Position numbers and translations under genes: made by a program. A stretch of 64,000 bases of DNA from Rubripirellula sp. (GTDB lineage: Bacteria > Planctomycetota > Planctomycetia > Pirellulales > Pirellulaceae): contig OZ244207.1 of NCBI GenBank assembly GCA_965216875.1, positions 2,688,001 to 2,752,000 of the forward strand. The letters are read 5' to 3'. The notes beneath the pieces are model-generated. The model had not been told where the DNA came from. It saw nothing but the letters and a program-made list of their open reading frames with translations, and did not search any database. Position 1 is the first letter of the stretch, and every line of letters starts with the position of its first letter. This document shows positions 46,890 through 58,741 of the stretch, one piece after another.

Positions 46890-48734
46890 ATGAATCAACG
46901 CACTGCCAAGACCGCTCTGACGCGATGGTTCTGCTGCGGTGTACTGCTTGGTCTGGCATCATCGGTGCAATCGGCCCATGCGGTCGAATCGGAAATGGCG
47001 CTCAACCGCGACGCTCATCGCGTGCTTGAGAGCTTCTGCTATCGATGCCATGGCGTCACCCAAAAGGTTCCCGACTTTGACGTCCTCGATCGCGAGAGCC
47101 TGACCAAGGGCCGTGGATCGGACGGCGGATCACCCTTTGTCGTTCCTGGGGACGCCGATTCGTCAGAGATGTGGCATTTCATGGAAGGCGACGATGCCTA
47201 CATGCCGCTCACGGGATCTCCCGAGGCAGACAAAATGACGGCGGCCGATCGCGAGACGCTGCGAAGATGGATTGATGCCGGCGCGCACTTTCCGGAACGA
47301 GTCCAGCGGCCACTGCGAAAGCCCGCGGATGATCTCGAAGCAATCCGCGACTACCTGCTCGACCTCGATCCCGACGCTCGGCGGAACACCCGTTTCTTTA
47401 CGCTTAGCCATCTGTCGAATCACAACGCACGCTACAGCGAGCAGGACCTGCGGTTGGTGAGAGCCGCCGTCGCGAAGCTGATCAACAGCCTTTCCTGGCA
47501 AGACGCAATCGTTGTGCCTGAAATTGTGCCCAATAGCCAAGACACCGTATTGGCAATCGATCTTCGCGACCTGAAATGGACTGGCGGCAACCACTGGCTC
47601 CAAATCATCAACCACTATCCCTACGGACTCAAATTCAACTACGTCCCGGATCAGCGTTTGAAACAAGTTGCCGACGATGTCCAGCAACTCTCCGGTGCCG
47701 AGATGGCGGTGATACGCGCCGACTGGTTTGTCTTCAATGCCGCACAAGGCACGCTCTACCACGACCTGCTCGGCCTTCCCAATCATGTTGACGAGCTCGA
47801 ACGGATGGTTGGCGTCGATGTCAAGGAGAACATCCTGTCAGGAAACGCAGCACGTTCCGCATTCGGACGCAGCGGCGTTTCAAGACAAAACCGAATGGTC
47901 GAGCGACACGATTCAAAATATGGCGCCTATTGGATCAGTTACGATTTCCTTCCCAGACGCGGTCGTGGTGACTTGATTCGATTTCCACTGGGCCCGAGGT
48001 TCGATGGCAACCGGTTTAATCGGCTCGCCTTTTCCCATGATGGCGGGGAGGCGATTTTTCATTTGCCCAATGGGCTCCAAGGCTACTTTTTAGTCACCGC
48101 CGAAGGCGATCGACTTGATGGCCCCGCCCCGGCGGATGTGGTGTTCGACTCAGCCGCAATCGCGGGTACGCCCGCGATCGTGAACGGCATCTCGTGCATG
48201 AACTGTCATCGCGAGGGGATGATCACCGGGTTTCGCGATGAGATTCGCGACTCCGATGCGTTAGCGGGCGCTCCGCTGGAAAAGGTACGCCAGCTCTACG
48301 TACCCGCCGAACAAATGGAGCGGTTGGTTGAGCGCGACCGGACACAGTTTCTTACCGCACTCCGCGCCACGATCGGTCCCTTCCTACTCGTCGCTGAAGA
48401 CGCCCATAAGTCAGTCACTGACTTCCCAGAGCCGATTGGAAGGGTCGCACAAAACTATCTCGCCGACCTTGGGCCGAGCGATGTCGCTTTTGAGCTGGGC
48501 TTGGCCTCCCTCGACGAAATCGAAAGCCAGATCAAACACGACCGCGACCTCCGCAAACTGGGACTCGGAACGCTCATCCAGGAAAAACCCGGCACGATCA
48601 AGCGCGTTCGCTGGGAAGCCATCGACGGAACCTCCTTCTTTCAGGATGTCGCGGTCGAACTTTCGTTAGGCACACCGATCCTGCCCGGAACACAACACAA
48701 CTTTCAACGATTGATCAACGCCCCAGGCAACTAG
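46890..48734 (+). CDS. Exported planctomycete-type cytochrome c domain protein
   Basis: Signal peptide; CYRCH followed by VVPGD...MP...RWIDAG; second heme motif CMNCH. Confidence 0.85.
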   Translation: MNQRTAKTALTRWFCCGVLLGLASSVQSAHAVESEMALNRDAHRVLESFCYRCHGVTQKVPDFDVLDRESLTKGRGSDGGSPFVVPGDADSSEMWHFMEGDDAYMPLTGSPEADKMTAADRETLRRWIDAGAHFPERVQRPLRKPADDLEAIRDYLLDLDPDARRNTRFFTLSHLSNHNARYSEQDLRLVRAAVAKLINSLSWQDAIVVPEIVPNSQDTVLAIDLRDLKWTGGNHWLQIINHYPYGLKFNYVPDQRLKQVADDVQQLSGAEMAVIRADWFVFNAAQGTLYHDLLGLPNHVDELERMVGVDVKENILSGNAARSAFGRSGVSRQNRMVERHDSKYGAYWISYDFLPRRGRGDLIRFPLGPRFDGNRFNRLAFSHDGGEAIFHLPNGLQGYFLVTAEGDRLDGPAPADVVFDSAAIAGTPAIVNGISCMNCHREGMITGFRDEIRDSDALAGAPLEKVRQLYVPAEQMERLVERDRTQFLTALRATIGPFLLVAEDAHKSVTDFPEPIGRVAQNYLADLGPSDVAFELGLASLDEIESQIKHDRDLRKLGLGTLIQEKPGTIKRVRWEAIDGTSFFQDVAVELSLGTPILPGTQHNFQRLINAPGN

Positions 48735-48762
48735 CCGATCGCAACCAAGTGAACTCATCATC

Positions 48763-49893
48763 ATGCTTCAACACACTCTGACTCGACCGCTCGTTTGCGT
48801 ATTCGCGTTCGCCTTTTGCCTGTCAAATGCAACCGCCGAAGACGCGCTCGTGCAAGAACTACGAGCGATGGCCTCGAGCCATATCATGCCTTTGCTCGAA
48901 AAACGCGGCGGCGGTTCGGTTGCAGTCGGCGGCTTCACAGCAGCGGCGAGCGTCAAAGGGGGCGCAGGCCCTGAGATTCAAATGAAGCTCTCCAAGATCC
49001 TGCAGGAGATGGGGGCCAACGTCGACGCGGATGACTATCGCTATGAGATCACAGGCAATTACTTGCCCTACAACGATCGCGAGTCTGATCTGCAAGGCGT
49101 CAAACTGGTTGGTCGACTCGTCGATGCCGAAGATGGCACAACGCTCGGCGAATTCCCTCGGTTTGTTTTCGGCCCCGAAGCCGTTCCTCGAATGCTAGGG
49201 CTGAGCGTCGCGAGCAAAGGCAGTCTCGATCCGCAGGTCCAATCGGTTGCCTTTCGCAAGGCCATCAAAAAGCCGAAGACGTTCTTGCAGGGACCTCAGG
49301 TCTTGGCTTCGCCCGTGTCTCAGTATTCAGTCGAAATTCTCGTGCGCCGCGGGAATCGGTATGTTCCGCAAACCGCGCGCATCGACGGAAAATCACGTCC
49401 GTTTGTCGACCTTGCGCGCAACGACGTCTACGCCGTTCGTTTGGTCAATCACTCCGACCACGAAGCGGCCGTCAAGCTAACCATCGATGGCGTCAATGTC
49501 TTCGCCTTTAGCCAACAATCGCCACAACCAAAGTATTGGGTCGTTCCGCCCAAACGTAACGGGCAACCTGGCACGACGATTGTCCGCGGCTGGGACAAGA
49601 ACGACGGTGTTTCACTTGAATTCAAAATCGTCGACTTTCCCGACAGTGCCGCTGCTCGAGTCAACCTGCGACCGTCCCAATCGATCGGAATGCTCACCGC
49701 GACGTTCGCAGCTTGTTGGAGTGACGATAAAGACCGGCCGCGTAGTGAAGGCCGAACCCGCGCGACCGGTTTCGGCAAAGAAATCGTCGACAAGAAAACG
49801 AGAGTCAAACGCAACATCGGAGCGGTTCGCGATGTCGTTTCGATTCGTTACGAACGACCACAAACCAGCGGCGATCCGCTTGCATTGAAATAG
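48763..49893 (+). CDS. Exported hypothetical protein (alpha/beta N-domain + beta-sandwich C-domain)
   Basis: Signal peptide; LTIDGVN and RATGFG segments; co-oriented in the cluster. Confidence 0.8.
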   Translation: MLQHTLTRPLVCVFAFAFCLSNATAEDALVQELRAMASSHIMPLLEKRGGGSVAVGGFTAAASVKGGAGPEIQMKLSKILQEMGANVDADDYRYEITGNYLPYNDRESDLQGVKLVGRLVDAEDGTTLGEFPRFVFGPEAVPRMLGLSVASKGSLDPQVQSVAFRKAIKKPKTFLQGPQVLASPVSQYSVEILVRRGNRYVPQTARIDGKSRPFVDLARNDVYAVRLVNHSDHEAAVKLTIDGVNVFAFSQQSPQPKYWVVPPKRNGQPGTTIVRGWDKNDGVSLEFKIVDFPDSAAARVNLRPSQSIGMLTATFAACWSDDKDRPRSEGRTRATGFGKEIVDKKTRVKRNIGAVRDVVSIRYERPQTSGDPLALK

Positions 49894-49901
49894 GGCCGCA
49901 C

Positions 49902-51722
49902 ATGCGCATCATCATCGTCCTAACCGCAATGGCACTGCTCGTCGTTTGCAACGCTGCTGTCGACGCGGGCGACCGATGCGCGATCCTTGTCGGAGTCGGA
50001 AAATACCAAGAAGAGAGTTTTCCTGATCTTCCGGGCGCCGAACCGGACGTGAAAGGGCTCGCCGACGTGCTCATTCAAGGAGGCTTTCAAAAGGACGCCG
50101 TGACGGTGATGAGCGCAACCGAAGGTGCGGTCGATCCACGCAAACTGCCCACCGCTTCTCGCATTCGCAAGCAGTTGCGACGACTCGCCAAGATCGATGC
50201 TCCCGATAGCACGGTGGTGATCGCACTCGCTGGCCATGGCGTGCAACCGATTCACAACAACAGTCAAGACTACTTTTTTTGTCCGCTCGATGCAGAGCTT
50301 GGCAATGAACGCACACTGATTTCCGTCGACGAAATCTACTCGGCTCTGGACCAATGCCAAGCGGAATTCAAGTTGCTCTTGGTCGACGCCTGCCGCGAAG
50401 ACACGTCCCAATTGAATATTGGGAGATCTGCGTCCGGGGAATCTGGTGGGATCCAAAGCGTTACGCGGCGCACCTCATTTTCGAAGGTCGTCTTGCCAGA
50501 ACCACCCCGCAACACAGCGGCGTTCTTTAGCTGCTCGCCGGGCGAGTTAGCCTACGAACGACAGGGCACGCACAACAGTGGCGGAGTCTTCTTTCACGCC
50601 GTCATTCGTGGCATCGCTGGCGCGGCCGCTGACCAGGGCAATTCGGTGACGCTGCCCGGCCTTGAGCGATTCGTGAAGAAGGACGTCGAGGCCTATGTAC
50701 GCGGAACGTATTCGGCAGCTCAGCATCCTGTCATGCGTAACGCAACGAGCGGACTTCGACAGATCGTGCGAATCTGCCCAACTCGCAAGCACGTCCAACG
50801 CGCTCGGGATCTTTGGATTCGCGGCCACCGTGACGCCGCAAACGAGATCATCGATGACGTGCTCACCGAGGCCCCCGAGGACGCCATTGCACTTGCGGCG
50901 AAGGCCCGCATGATGCTGGAGCTCGCTGAGAATAGCGTCGACGAAAGCATTCGACACCAAGCCTGGGCCAACGCGAACGCTGCAACCTCCGCACAACCCG
51001 CCATCGCTGACGGACACGTCGCACAAGCCGACCTGCTTCGCTCGGATGGCAAAATGCAAGATGCGCTAGCAGCTTGTGATCGAGCCCTTCAATGTGATGC
51101 CAATTCGGTCGACGCTCTGGTCATGCGGGCAGCCGTCTATCAACAGCTTGATGATAAACGATTGATGCTCCGAGATATTGAGCGGGCGATTGAACTTGAC
51201 CCTGTCGATCCAATGGCTGTTTCGATCTACGCAGCCATCTTGTTTTACGTCGACCGAGCCGATCAAGGCTTCGAGATCCTCGATGAAGCAATCGGGCTCA
51301 TGCCAGACGTTCCCATGTTGCATTTCATGCGTGGTTATGGACTCGACAGTCAGGGCCGCTATGACAAAGCGATCCTTGCCTACACCGCCGCGATCCGGGT
51401 CGACCCAAATGATGCCGACCTTTTGTGTCGACGCGCCGTGAGCCTGGCCAATGCCGGTGACTTTCCCGGCGCCATCGACGACATCAACACTGCCAATCGC
51501 ATCAGTCCCAACAACCCGAACATCACGGGCGCCCATGTCGTCCTGTTGAACCACCAACAGAAATACCATCAAGCGATCAGCGTGCTTGACAAGGCTGTTG
51601 CACGCTTCCCTGACGAGCTTCAGTTCTATCAAGCACGCGCGGCGCTTTTAACACGCGTCGGCCGAAACGGTGATGCTGCGCGCGATCGCGAGACCATCAA
51701 CCGACTCAGTCAATCTCAATAG
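49902..51722 (+). CDS. Exported caspase-family (C14) protease with TPR repeats, intact dyad
   Basis: Signal peptide, AILVGVGKY, AGHG and DACR; C-terminal TPRs. Confidence 0.92.
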   Translation: MRIIIVLTAMALLVVCNAAVDAGDRCAILVGVGKYQEESFPDLPGAEPDVKGLADVLIQGGFQKDAVTVMSATEGAVDPRKLPTASRIRKQLRRLAKIDAPDSTVVIALAGHGVQPIHNNSQDYFFCPLDAELGNERTLISVDEIYSALDQCQAEFKLLLVDACREDTSQLNIGRSASGESGGIQSVTRRTSFSKVVLPEPPRNTAAFFSCSPGELAYERQGTHNSGGVFFHAVIRGIAGAAADQGNSVTLPGLERFVKKDVEAYVRGTYSAAQHPVMRNATSGLRQIVRICPTRKHVQRARDLWIRGHRDAANEIIDDVLTEAPEDAIALAAKARMMLELAENSVDESIRHQAWANANAATSAQPAIADGHVAQADLLRSDGKMQDALAACDRALQCDANSVDALVMRAAVYQQLDDKRLMLRDIERAIELDPVDPMAVSIYAAILFYVDRADQGFEILDEAIGLMPDVPMLHFMRGYGLDSQGRYDKAILAYTAAIRVDPNDADLLCRRAVSLANAGDFPGAIDDINTANRISPNNPNITGAHVVLLNHQQKYHQAISVLDKAVARFPDELQFYQARAALLTRVGRNGDAARDRETINRLSQSQ

Positions 51723-51754
51723 ATAAACCGAACCATTTCCCTGGGCACAACATC

Positions 51755-54094
51755 ATGATTCTCCGCTCGATCTTCAGCGCGGCCATTGCATCCGTAGTGA
51801 TTGCCATCTCCACAACAAACGCTGTTGCAGACGACAGTGGTTCTCAACATGCTCTGATCGTCGGAATCAAGAACTTTGATCCCGATCAGCTTCGCGACCT
51901 CCCTGCGGCCCAGCAAAATGCGAAGCAACTCGCCGAATTGTTGAAGCGCAGCGGATACGCCGACGCAAACGTTGACGTCCTCTCCAATGCCGAGGGGGCC
52001 ATCTCGCCGCGTCAACTTCCGACACGCAGCAACATCCTCGAACGGCTCTCCGATATCTCTGAGCTCGAGCGTGAAGACACGCTCCTGATCGCCATCGCCG
52101 GGCACGGGCTCACAGGCCCCGACGGTGAATTCCTGCTTTGCCCTTTCGATGGTGATTTGGAAGATACGGACACACTGATTTCCGTCCAAACTCTGTATGC
52201 AGCTGTCGACGAGTGTCCCGCGAAACGCAAATTGATCATCCTCGATGCAATCCAAGCGTCGCCATTCGCGTCCGGTATCGAACCAAGCGTTTCGAAACGC
52301 TATCGGCCAGCGCTACCCCAGCTGCCGCCATCACCACGAGACACCGCTGTCTTCATCGCGTGTGCTCAAGGTCAAGCGGTTGCCCCAGCTTCTCGCGCGA
52401 TCAAGAAACGTGGTGGTTTCCTGGGTGTGATTGCAAAGGCGATCCAAGGTGAAGCGGCCGGCGCCGATGGATCCGTCACGTTACCCGATGTCGAAGGGTA
52501 TGTGAGAAAGGAGTTTGAATCGGCGAGCTTTCATCCCACGCTTTCGAACAACTGCAAAGGGCTATTCACGATCGTCACTCATTCGCTTGGCGATGACGAT
52601 CTCGAGAAAATCCAGAAACTCATTCGGGGCGATCGCTATGACGAAGCCGATGCCATCGTCGCAAGACGATTGGCGACTCACCCTAACGACGCGATCGCTC
52701 TGGCCCAACGTGCGAGGCTGATTGGATACCATGCCGAGCAATTCCGTGACTACTCGCGAATCGACGAGGCGCTGCAAGCCGCTGAAATGTCGGTCTCATT
52801 GGCACCAAACGAGGCTCTGCCCTACATCGCACGATCCAACGTTTATCGGATCCAGAAGAAATACGAAAAGTCGTTGGCCGACGCGTCAAAGGCTGTCCAG
52901 CGCGATCCCAACAACGCGATGGCGCACGTGATCAAGGCGTTCGCCATGCACCACCTTCATGACCTCGAAGGGATGAAGCGGGAAGCCAAGAAGGCGATGG
53001 AAGTCGATCCCGAAAGCCCCGAGGCCCGCGGTACTTACGTTGCTTACCTTTTCGCCAAAGGAAAACTCAACGAAGGGCTTGCCGAGCTCGATCGTGCGAT
53101 CGCGATCACACCCTACATGCCTTCACTCTATTTCCTGAAAGGCTACGGGCTCGAAAAGCAAAAGAAACACCACGATGCCGTCGCTGCATACAACAAAGCG
53201 ATCGAACTCAACGACCAGATTCCCGGCTACTTTTGTCGGCGTGCGATCAGTTTGTCGAGCATCGGAAAATACGATGCCGCGATGGCGGACATCGCCGCGG
53301 CCGAAAAGGTCTACCCCGAGTATTTTGACATTGCCTCAGCGCGATCAATGGTCATCCAATCGCGCCGTGGCTACGGCCATGCCGAAGCAGTGATCGCCGA
53401 AGGACTGAAGGCAAATCCTCAATCGGCCGATCTTTGGCAGGGACGAGGCTTCAACCATTTCAATCGGCGTGAATTCACCAAAGCGCTCGAAGCCTTCAAC
53501 AAGGTGCTCGAAATCAACCCCGGTTACGCCGAAGCGCATATGGGCATTGGCATGACCCACTTTGAACGGAACCGGCTCGACGATGCGTTGGTGCACCTCA
53601 ACCGCGCGACGCGTCACAAAGAACATCTCAGCCGGGCCTACTACGAGAAGTACCGGGTTCACGTTCGTCGCCGCGACTACAACAGCGCGCTGGTCGAACT
53701 TGAAAAAGCAATCAAATATGAGCCAGGCAATGCGATGATGGAAAAGCAACGTCGCCAGCTCGTCGCACGCGGAGCGAAGTCGACTGGGGCCAAGAGTGCG
53801 ACCAAGACCGCCTCGCGGCCACCTCAAGCTCTGCCAGCCGATCAAGCGAGAAAGAAGGCGTCGGTTGACGGCAAGTATTCACAGTTACTCGCTGTGTTGA
53901 CCGTGCGTGGTGACGTTCAGCAATATGGTGAATTTCATGACTACGGTCGCTGGGACGAAACCAACTATGCCGGACGTCGAAATCTGCCTCCAGGGTATTG
54001 GGTTTACGTCTACCCGAACTGGTACATCTGGAAAACGCAGGGGCCAACGGTCAGTCGTCGGCCCGGCTCGCTTGTCAGCACGGCAGCCGAGTGA
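51755..54094 (+). CDS. Exported caspase-like protein lacking the catalytic Cys, with TPRs and a Trp/Tyr-rich C-terminal domain
   Basis: AGHG retained but DAIQ replaces DACR; many TPRs; terminal GYWVYVYPNWYIW domain. Confidence 0.9.
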   Translation: MILRSIFSAAIASVVIAISTTNAVADDSGSQHALIVGIKNFDPDQLRDLPAAQQNAKQLAELLKRSGYADANVDVLSNAEGAISPRQLPTRSNILERLSDISELEREDTLLIAIAGHGLTGPDGEFLLCPFDGDLEDTDTLISVQTLYAAVDECPAKRKLIILDAIQASPFASGIEPSVSKRYRPALPQLPPSPRDTAVFIACAQGQAVAPASRAIKKRGGFLGVIAKAIQGEAAGADGSVTLPDVEGYVRKEFESASFHPTLSNNCKGLFTIVTHSLGDDDLEKIQKLIRGDRYDEADAIVARRLATHPNDAIALAQRARLIGYHAEQFRDYSRIDEALQAAEMSVSLAPNEALPYIARSNVYRIQKKYEKSLADASKAVQRDPNNAMAHVIKAFAMHHLHDLEGMKREAKKAMEVDPESPEARGTYVAYLFAKGKLNEGLAELDRAIAITPYMPSLYFLKGYGLEKQKKHHDAVAAYNKAIELNDQIPGYFCRRAISLSSIGKYDAAMADIAAAEKVYPEYFDIASARSMVIQSRRGYGHAEAVIAEGLKANPQSADLWQGRGFNHFNRREFTKALEAFNKVLEINPGYAEAHMGIGMTHFERNRLDDALVHLNRATRHKEHLSRAYYEKYRVHVRRRDYNSALVELEKAIKYEPGNAMMEKQRRQLVARGAKSTGAKSATKTASRPPQALPADQARKKASVDGKYSQLLAVLTVRGDVQQYGEFHDYGRWDETNYAGRRNLPPGYWVYVYPNWYIWKTQGPTVSRRPGSLVSTAAE

Positions 54095-54261
54095 TTGACA
54101 TAACCAGCACAAGTGGTGCCAACAACTCGTCGTGCGATCGCTCACACCCAAAACTGGTGGGATCGACCTGAGTCGATCAGCACTGCGAGCAACCCTTCAG
54201 ACGGCAGCTTCCTTTCACCGAGCCCCGATCACCCAGCCCCCAATCCGCAGAAGCAATCATC

Positions 54262-55149
<888 letters not shown>

Positions 55150-55162
55150 ACCCGATGCAACG

Positions 55163-58100
55163 ATGGCGGGTTTCGTCCCGCAAAGCACGAATCCAAATGA
55201 GGCGACTCAAGCCGGCTTTGTCTCGGGAACGCCTCACGCAGATGAATCCGGGCCGGCTCAAGCGGATCGTTCTGGGTCAGACCTTGAAACCGGCGTCGAC
55301 ACCGAAACGCCAACACAGCGGACACCCCCTGAGGCTCACGCTTCTGAAAACGATCCCGCCATCGGTACGCGGATCGGCGACTTTCTCATCACCTCGGTGA
55401 TCGCCAGTGGCGGAATGGGCACGGTCTACAAAGCCGACCAACAGGAGCCCGTTCGGCGCACCGTCGCGCTGAAAATGATCCGCAGCGGCATGGCCGACGA
55501 AGCGACGACAAAACGTTTCTTTGTCGAACGTCAAACACTCGCTCTGATGGATCATCCCGACATCGCTCGCGTCTACGATGCCGGAACGACCGCATGTGGC
55601 AATCCTTATTTCGCAATGGAGTATTGCGAAGGAAAACCGATCGACGAATATTGCTGCGATCGCAAGCTCGACGTCCCTATGCGTATCGAGCTTGTCGTCC
55701 GAATCGCGCGAGCTCTGCAACGGGCTCACGCCGCCGGTATCGTGCATCGCGACCTTAAACCGGGCAACATTCTCGTTTCTGATTGCGAGGGCCGACCAAA
55801 TCTGAAAGTGATTGATTTCGGGATCGCCAAATTCACCGACACCGATCAATATGATGAACTGTTCGCTTGTGGCGACAACCACGAGACACGAGTGGGCGAA
55901 CTGGTTGGCACGCCTGCCTACATGAGCCCCGAACAAGCCGCGGGCGCATCCATCGACGCTCGGACCGATGTCTTCGCCATCGGCGCCATCCTCTACAAAC
56001 TACTCACTGGCACGACGCCACTTCCGCCCCCGCCGAAGGGATGCGAAAGCCTGGCTGATGTCATCCAGCACATTCAATCGTTCGTGCCGGTGTCGCCAAG
56101 TCGACGTCTCGCAGCACAGGCTGTCGAGGCAGAGCAGCATGCAACAGGCGCTAATTGCGATCGCGTTTCGCAATTGCGTGCGTCCATCAAAGGCGACCTC
56201 GACTGGGTCACCCTCCGCGCAATCGACCCCGACAAGCTTCGGCGGTACGCAACCGCGGACGACTTTGCCGATGATCTTGAACGGTTTCTCAATCACCAGC
56301 CGGTCGTCGCCGCAGCACCAAGTCACCTCTATCGGTTCAAGAAGTTTTACCAGCGCCGACGTCCAACCGTCCTGGCAACCGCGATCGTTAGCGCCACCCT
56401 CCTTTTATCGCTGGCCTACGGAGGATTCAGCTGGTGGAAAACAAGGTCTGAATTGCTTGCCGATTTCGCGCAGACGACAAACGAGGTCACAACCCTGCTT
56501 TGCCAAGCCGACTCCGCACGCGTTCGCGCCGGCAAAGGCGGCCCCCATTCCGCACAAGCCTTCACCGAGGCACAGACTTCGCTTGCCAAAGCCGAATCAC
56601 GCTTAGCCAGCCTGGACGCGCTCGCACTGTCCGACGCACTGCAGAGCGAACTCAATTCGTTCCATGCCCAATTGAAAAACGCTGATCAAACCATCACCGC
56701 CGATCAGTCGGCGATGGACTTGGTCAAACGGCTAAACGATGCTCGCGAACGGGCGACACAGGTCGACCCTGCTCATGGCAGTGATGCGTTTGGCAAAACG
56801 GCTGGCTTACAAATGTTGGTGGATGCATTTGCTTCATTCGGCATTTGCCCTGACCAAGCCAGCCCTGAACAAGCAGCGCGAATCATCTTGGCCTGCCCAC
56901 CAGCCGTTCAACCGAAACTGATCGAATCGCTCGACTTTTTGGTAAACGAAGATCCGATTGGCGCAGGGATCTACATCCATCAGCAAGGCGGGCGTGTCAC
57001 GGTGGCTGAGATCACCAATGGGTCGGCGACAGATGGCGTCGACTTGCGCGCCGGTGATCGTATCATGGCCATCAACGGAGTCGATTTGCTCGATTCTTTC
57101 ACGACGAATCATTTGCGTGCAGAGACTTACCGCCTACTGTCGGCCGCGCCGGGCACCACCGTTACATTGTCGATTGTCCGAGACTTGGGACAACCGATTC
57201 AACGCGAATTAGTCTGCGGCGGCCAACGAGCCCACTGGGCGGCGAAGGTGCTCGAGCGCGTTGACCGTGATCCCTGGCGCAACCAGCTTCGACGAGCAAC
57301 GCTGACCGCTGACCTGGCATCACTCAGGAAATTGTCAGAATCGAAGGAGGTTGAAACGCAATCACCCTTCTCCTTGATACAACTGGCCGGCACGCTCTTT
57401 CTCTTGGAACGCAGCAACGCGTCGATTCGGTTTCTGAAGATCGCCCAGCAAAGACACCCGGCGAACTTTTGGGCCAACCATTACCTCGGCACAGCGTTAG
57501 CCGTCGCGCATGATCCACCCAAGCCGCGCGAAGCACTTCCCTACTTCACAGCGGCTGTTTCGTTGCGGCCCAAGAGCGTTGGAGCTCGGATGAATTTAGT
57601 CGAAGGCCTCGTGCGCGTCGGCGAAAAGGAAACGGCGCGGTTGCACGCGAGCGTCGCAGCCAAGCTGGCACCCGACTATGCACCACTTCAACAGATCGTC
57701 GCATCCCTTTCGAATTCGGCTGAGGGTGCGGACGCGGTCTCCGCCTCTGAACCTGCTGTTGCCTCTTTGCCAAGACGGTCAACGCCGACGGAAGCACTCG
57801 AATCCGATGACATCGAATCGCTCGAAGGCGTCGCGCGCGAGCTTGCCATTGTCGGTTTACGGGACGAGGCGTTTAAGCTCATCAAACAGGCTGCCGAACA
57901 ATTCCCAGGCGATCCCCGAATCCGACGGATGAAGGGAGCCGTGCTGATCGATCTACGCGATTATGTTGCGGCGCGGGTCGCTCTGTCCGATGCTGCGCGG
58001 CGAATGCCAAACGATGCTGCAACGCGTTTCTATCACGGTGTTGCACTGCAGTATTCCGGCGATAGCGATGCAGCCATCCACGAATACGAAGCGGCGTTAC

Positions 58101-58168
58101 AGATTCGCCCCGACTACAATGCGGCGCGCCGCTACTTGGAATCGCTCAAGCCGAAGCGTCAGGATTAG
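55163..58168 (+). CDS. Membrane Ser/Thr kinase with extracytoplasmic PDZ and TPR domains
   Basis: [22 protein letters not shown] and [12 protein letters not shown] helix; PDZ (GAGIY...[12 protein letters not shown]); TPRs. Confidence 0.93.
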   Translation: MAGFVPQSTNPNEATQAGFVSGTPHADESGPAQADRSGSDLETGVDTETPTQRTPPEAHASENDPAIGTRIGDFLITSVIASGGMGTVYKADQQEPVRRTVALKMIRSGMADEATTKRFFVERQTLALMDHPDIARVYDAGTTACGNPYFAMEYCEGKPIDEYCCDRKLDVPMRIELVVRIARALQRAHAAGIVHRDLKPGNILVSDCEGRPNLKVIDFGIAKFTDTDQYDELFACGDNHETRVGELVGTPAYMSPEQAAGASIDARTDVFAIGAILYKLLTGTTPLPPPPKGCESLADVIQHIQSFVPVSPSRRLAAQAVEAEQHATGANCDRVSQLRASIKGDLDWVTLRAIDPDKLRRYATADDFADDLERFLNHQPVVAAAPSHLYRFKKFYQRRRPTVLATAIVSATLLLSLAYGGFSWWKTRSELLADFAQTTNEVTTLLCQADSARVRAGKGGPHSAQAFTEAQTSLAKAESRLASLDALALSDALQSELNSFHAQLKNADQTITADQSAMDLVKRLNDARERATQVDPAHGSDAFGKTAGLQMLVDAFASFGICPDQASPEQAARIILACPPAVQPKLIESLDFLVNEDPIGAGIYIHQQGGRVTVAEITNGSATDGVDLRAGDRIMAINGVDLLDSFTTNHLRAETYRLLSAAPGTTVTLSIVRDLGQPIQRELVCGGQRAHWAAKVLERVDRDPWRNQLRRATLTADLASLRKLSESKEVETQSPFSLIQLAGTLFLLERSNASIRFLKIAQQRHPANFWANHYLGTALAVAHDPPKPREALPYFTAAVSLRPKSVGARMNLVEGLVRVGEKETARLHASVAAKLAPDYAPLQQIVASLSNSAEGADAVSASEPAVASLPRRSTPTEALESDDIESLEGVARELAIVGLRDEAFKLIKQAAEQFPGDPRIRRMKGAVLIDLRDYVAARVALSDAARRMPNDAATRFYHGVALQYSGDSDAAIHEYEAALQIRPDYNAARRYLESLKPKRQD

Positions 58169-58185
58169 GTCGAACCATCAAAACG

Positions 58186-58227
58186 AAAAAAGGCCGGGCG
58201 TGCTTCGACTCGTCGCACGTCCGGCCT
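58186..58227 (-). terminator. Intrinsic terminator (possibly bidirectional)
   Basis: 13-bp stem AGGCCGGACGTGC/GCACGCCCGGCCT with one mismatch, followed by a U-tract on the minus strand. Confidence 0.75.
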
Positions 58228-58575
58228 CAAAGTCAATCCTGACTTTTCAGTTAGCTGGCTTGTTCATCGTGGTTGAATCCATCCAACCGTCCGAGTCATC
58301 CTGACCTCGGGATTCTGGCAAAGGTTTCTTTTCCGCCGTGAGGCATCTTGCCTGTGGGTGCGCCAATCCGTGCGCCGGCGGTGTTTGAAACCCATCACCA
58401 AATTCGACGATGGTTCAGCCGGCTAATCCCACATCCCTGTGAACTGATCATTCACTCCCCTTGTGAACGGGCTGCCGTAACGCATGTGACTTACAAAATT
58501 GCGTGACGGCCAAATGACACTCTTCAACCTATCCAATCGAGCGTCGTAAGACAACGCAGAATCCTGCGAGCGAAG
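58186..58575 (-). ncRNA. Candidate CsrB/RsmZ-like CsrA-sequestering small RNA (5' end uncertain)
   Basis: 13 GGA on the minus strand vs 1 on the plus; several lie in hairpin loops matching ANGGA; ends in a GC stem + U6. Confidence 0.65.
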
Positions 58576-58741
58576 CCGCCGAGGGTAACGGTTAGTTTTT
58601 GCAGACATGTCTTTTTGAATCTGATTGAGCTCGATCTGCCAACGTCAACGACCAACCGACAAGACAGAGCAACAGCAACGATCTGAAAAAACGTTTCCGA
58701 ACCCCCGACGTTTCGCAAGCGGAGGAAACTCGCGTCGTATG

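Noticed and set aside
58340..58378. sigma54 promoter for the candidate sRNA
   Set aside because: GG and GC spacing is off by one from the strict GG-N10-GC rule
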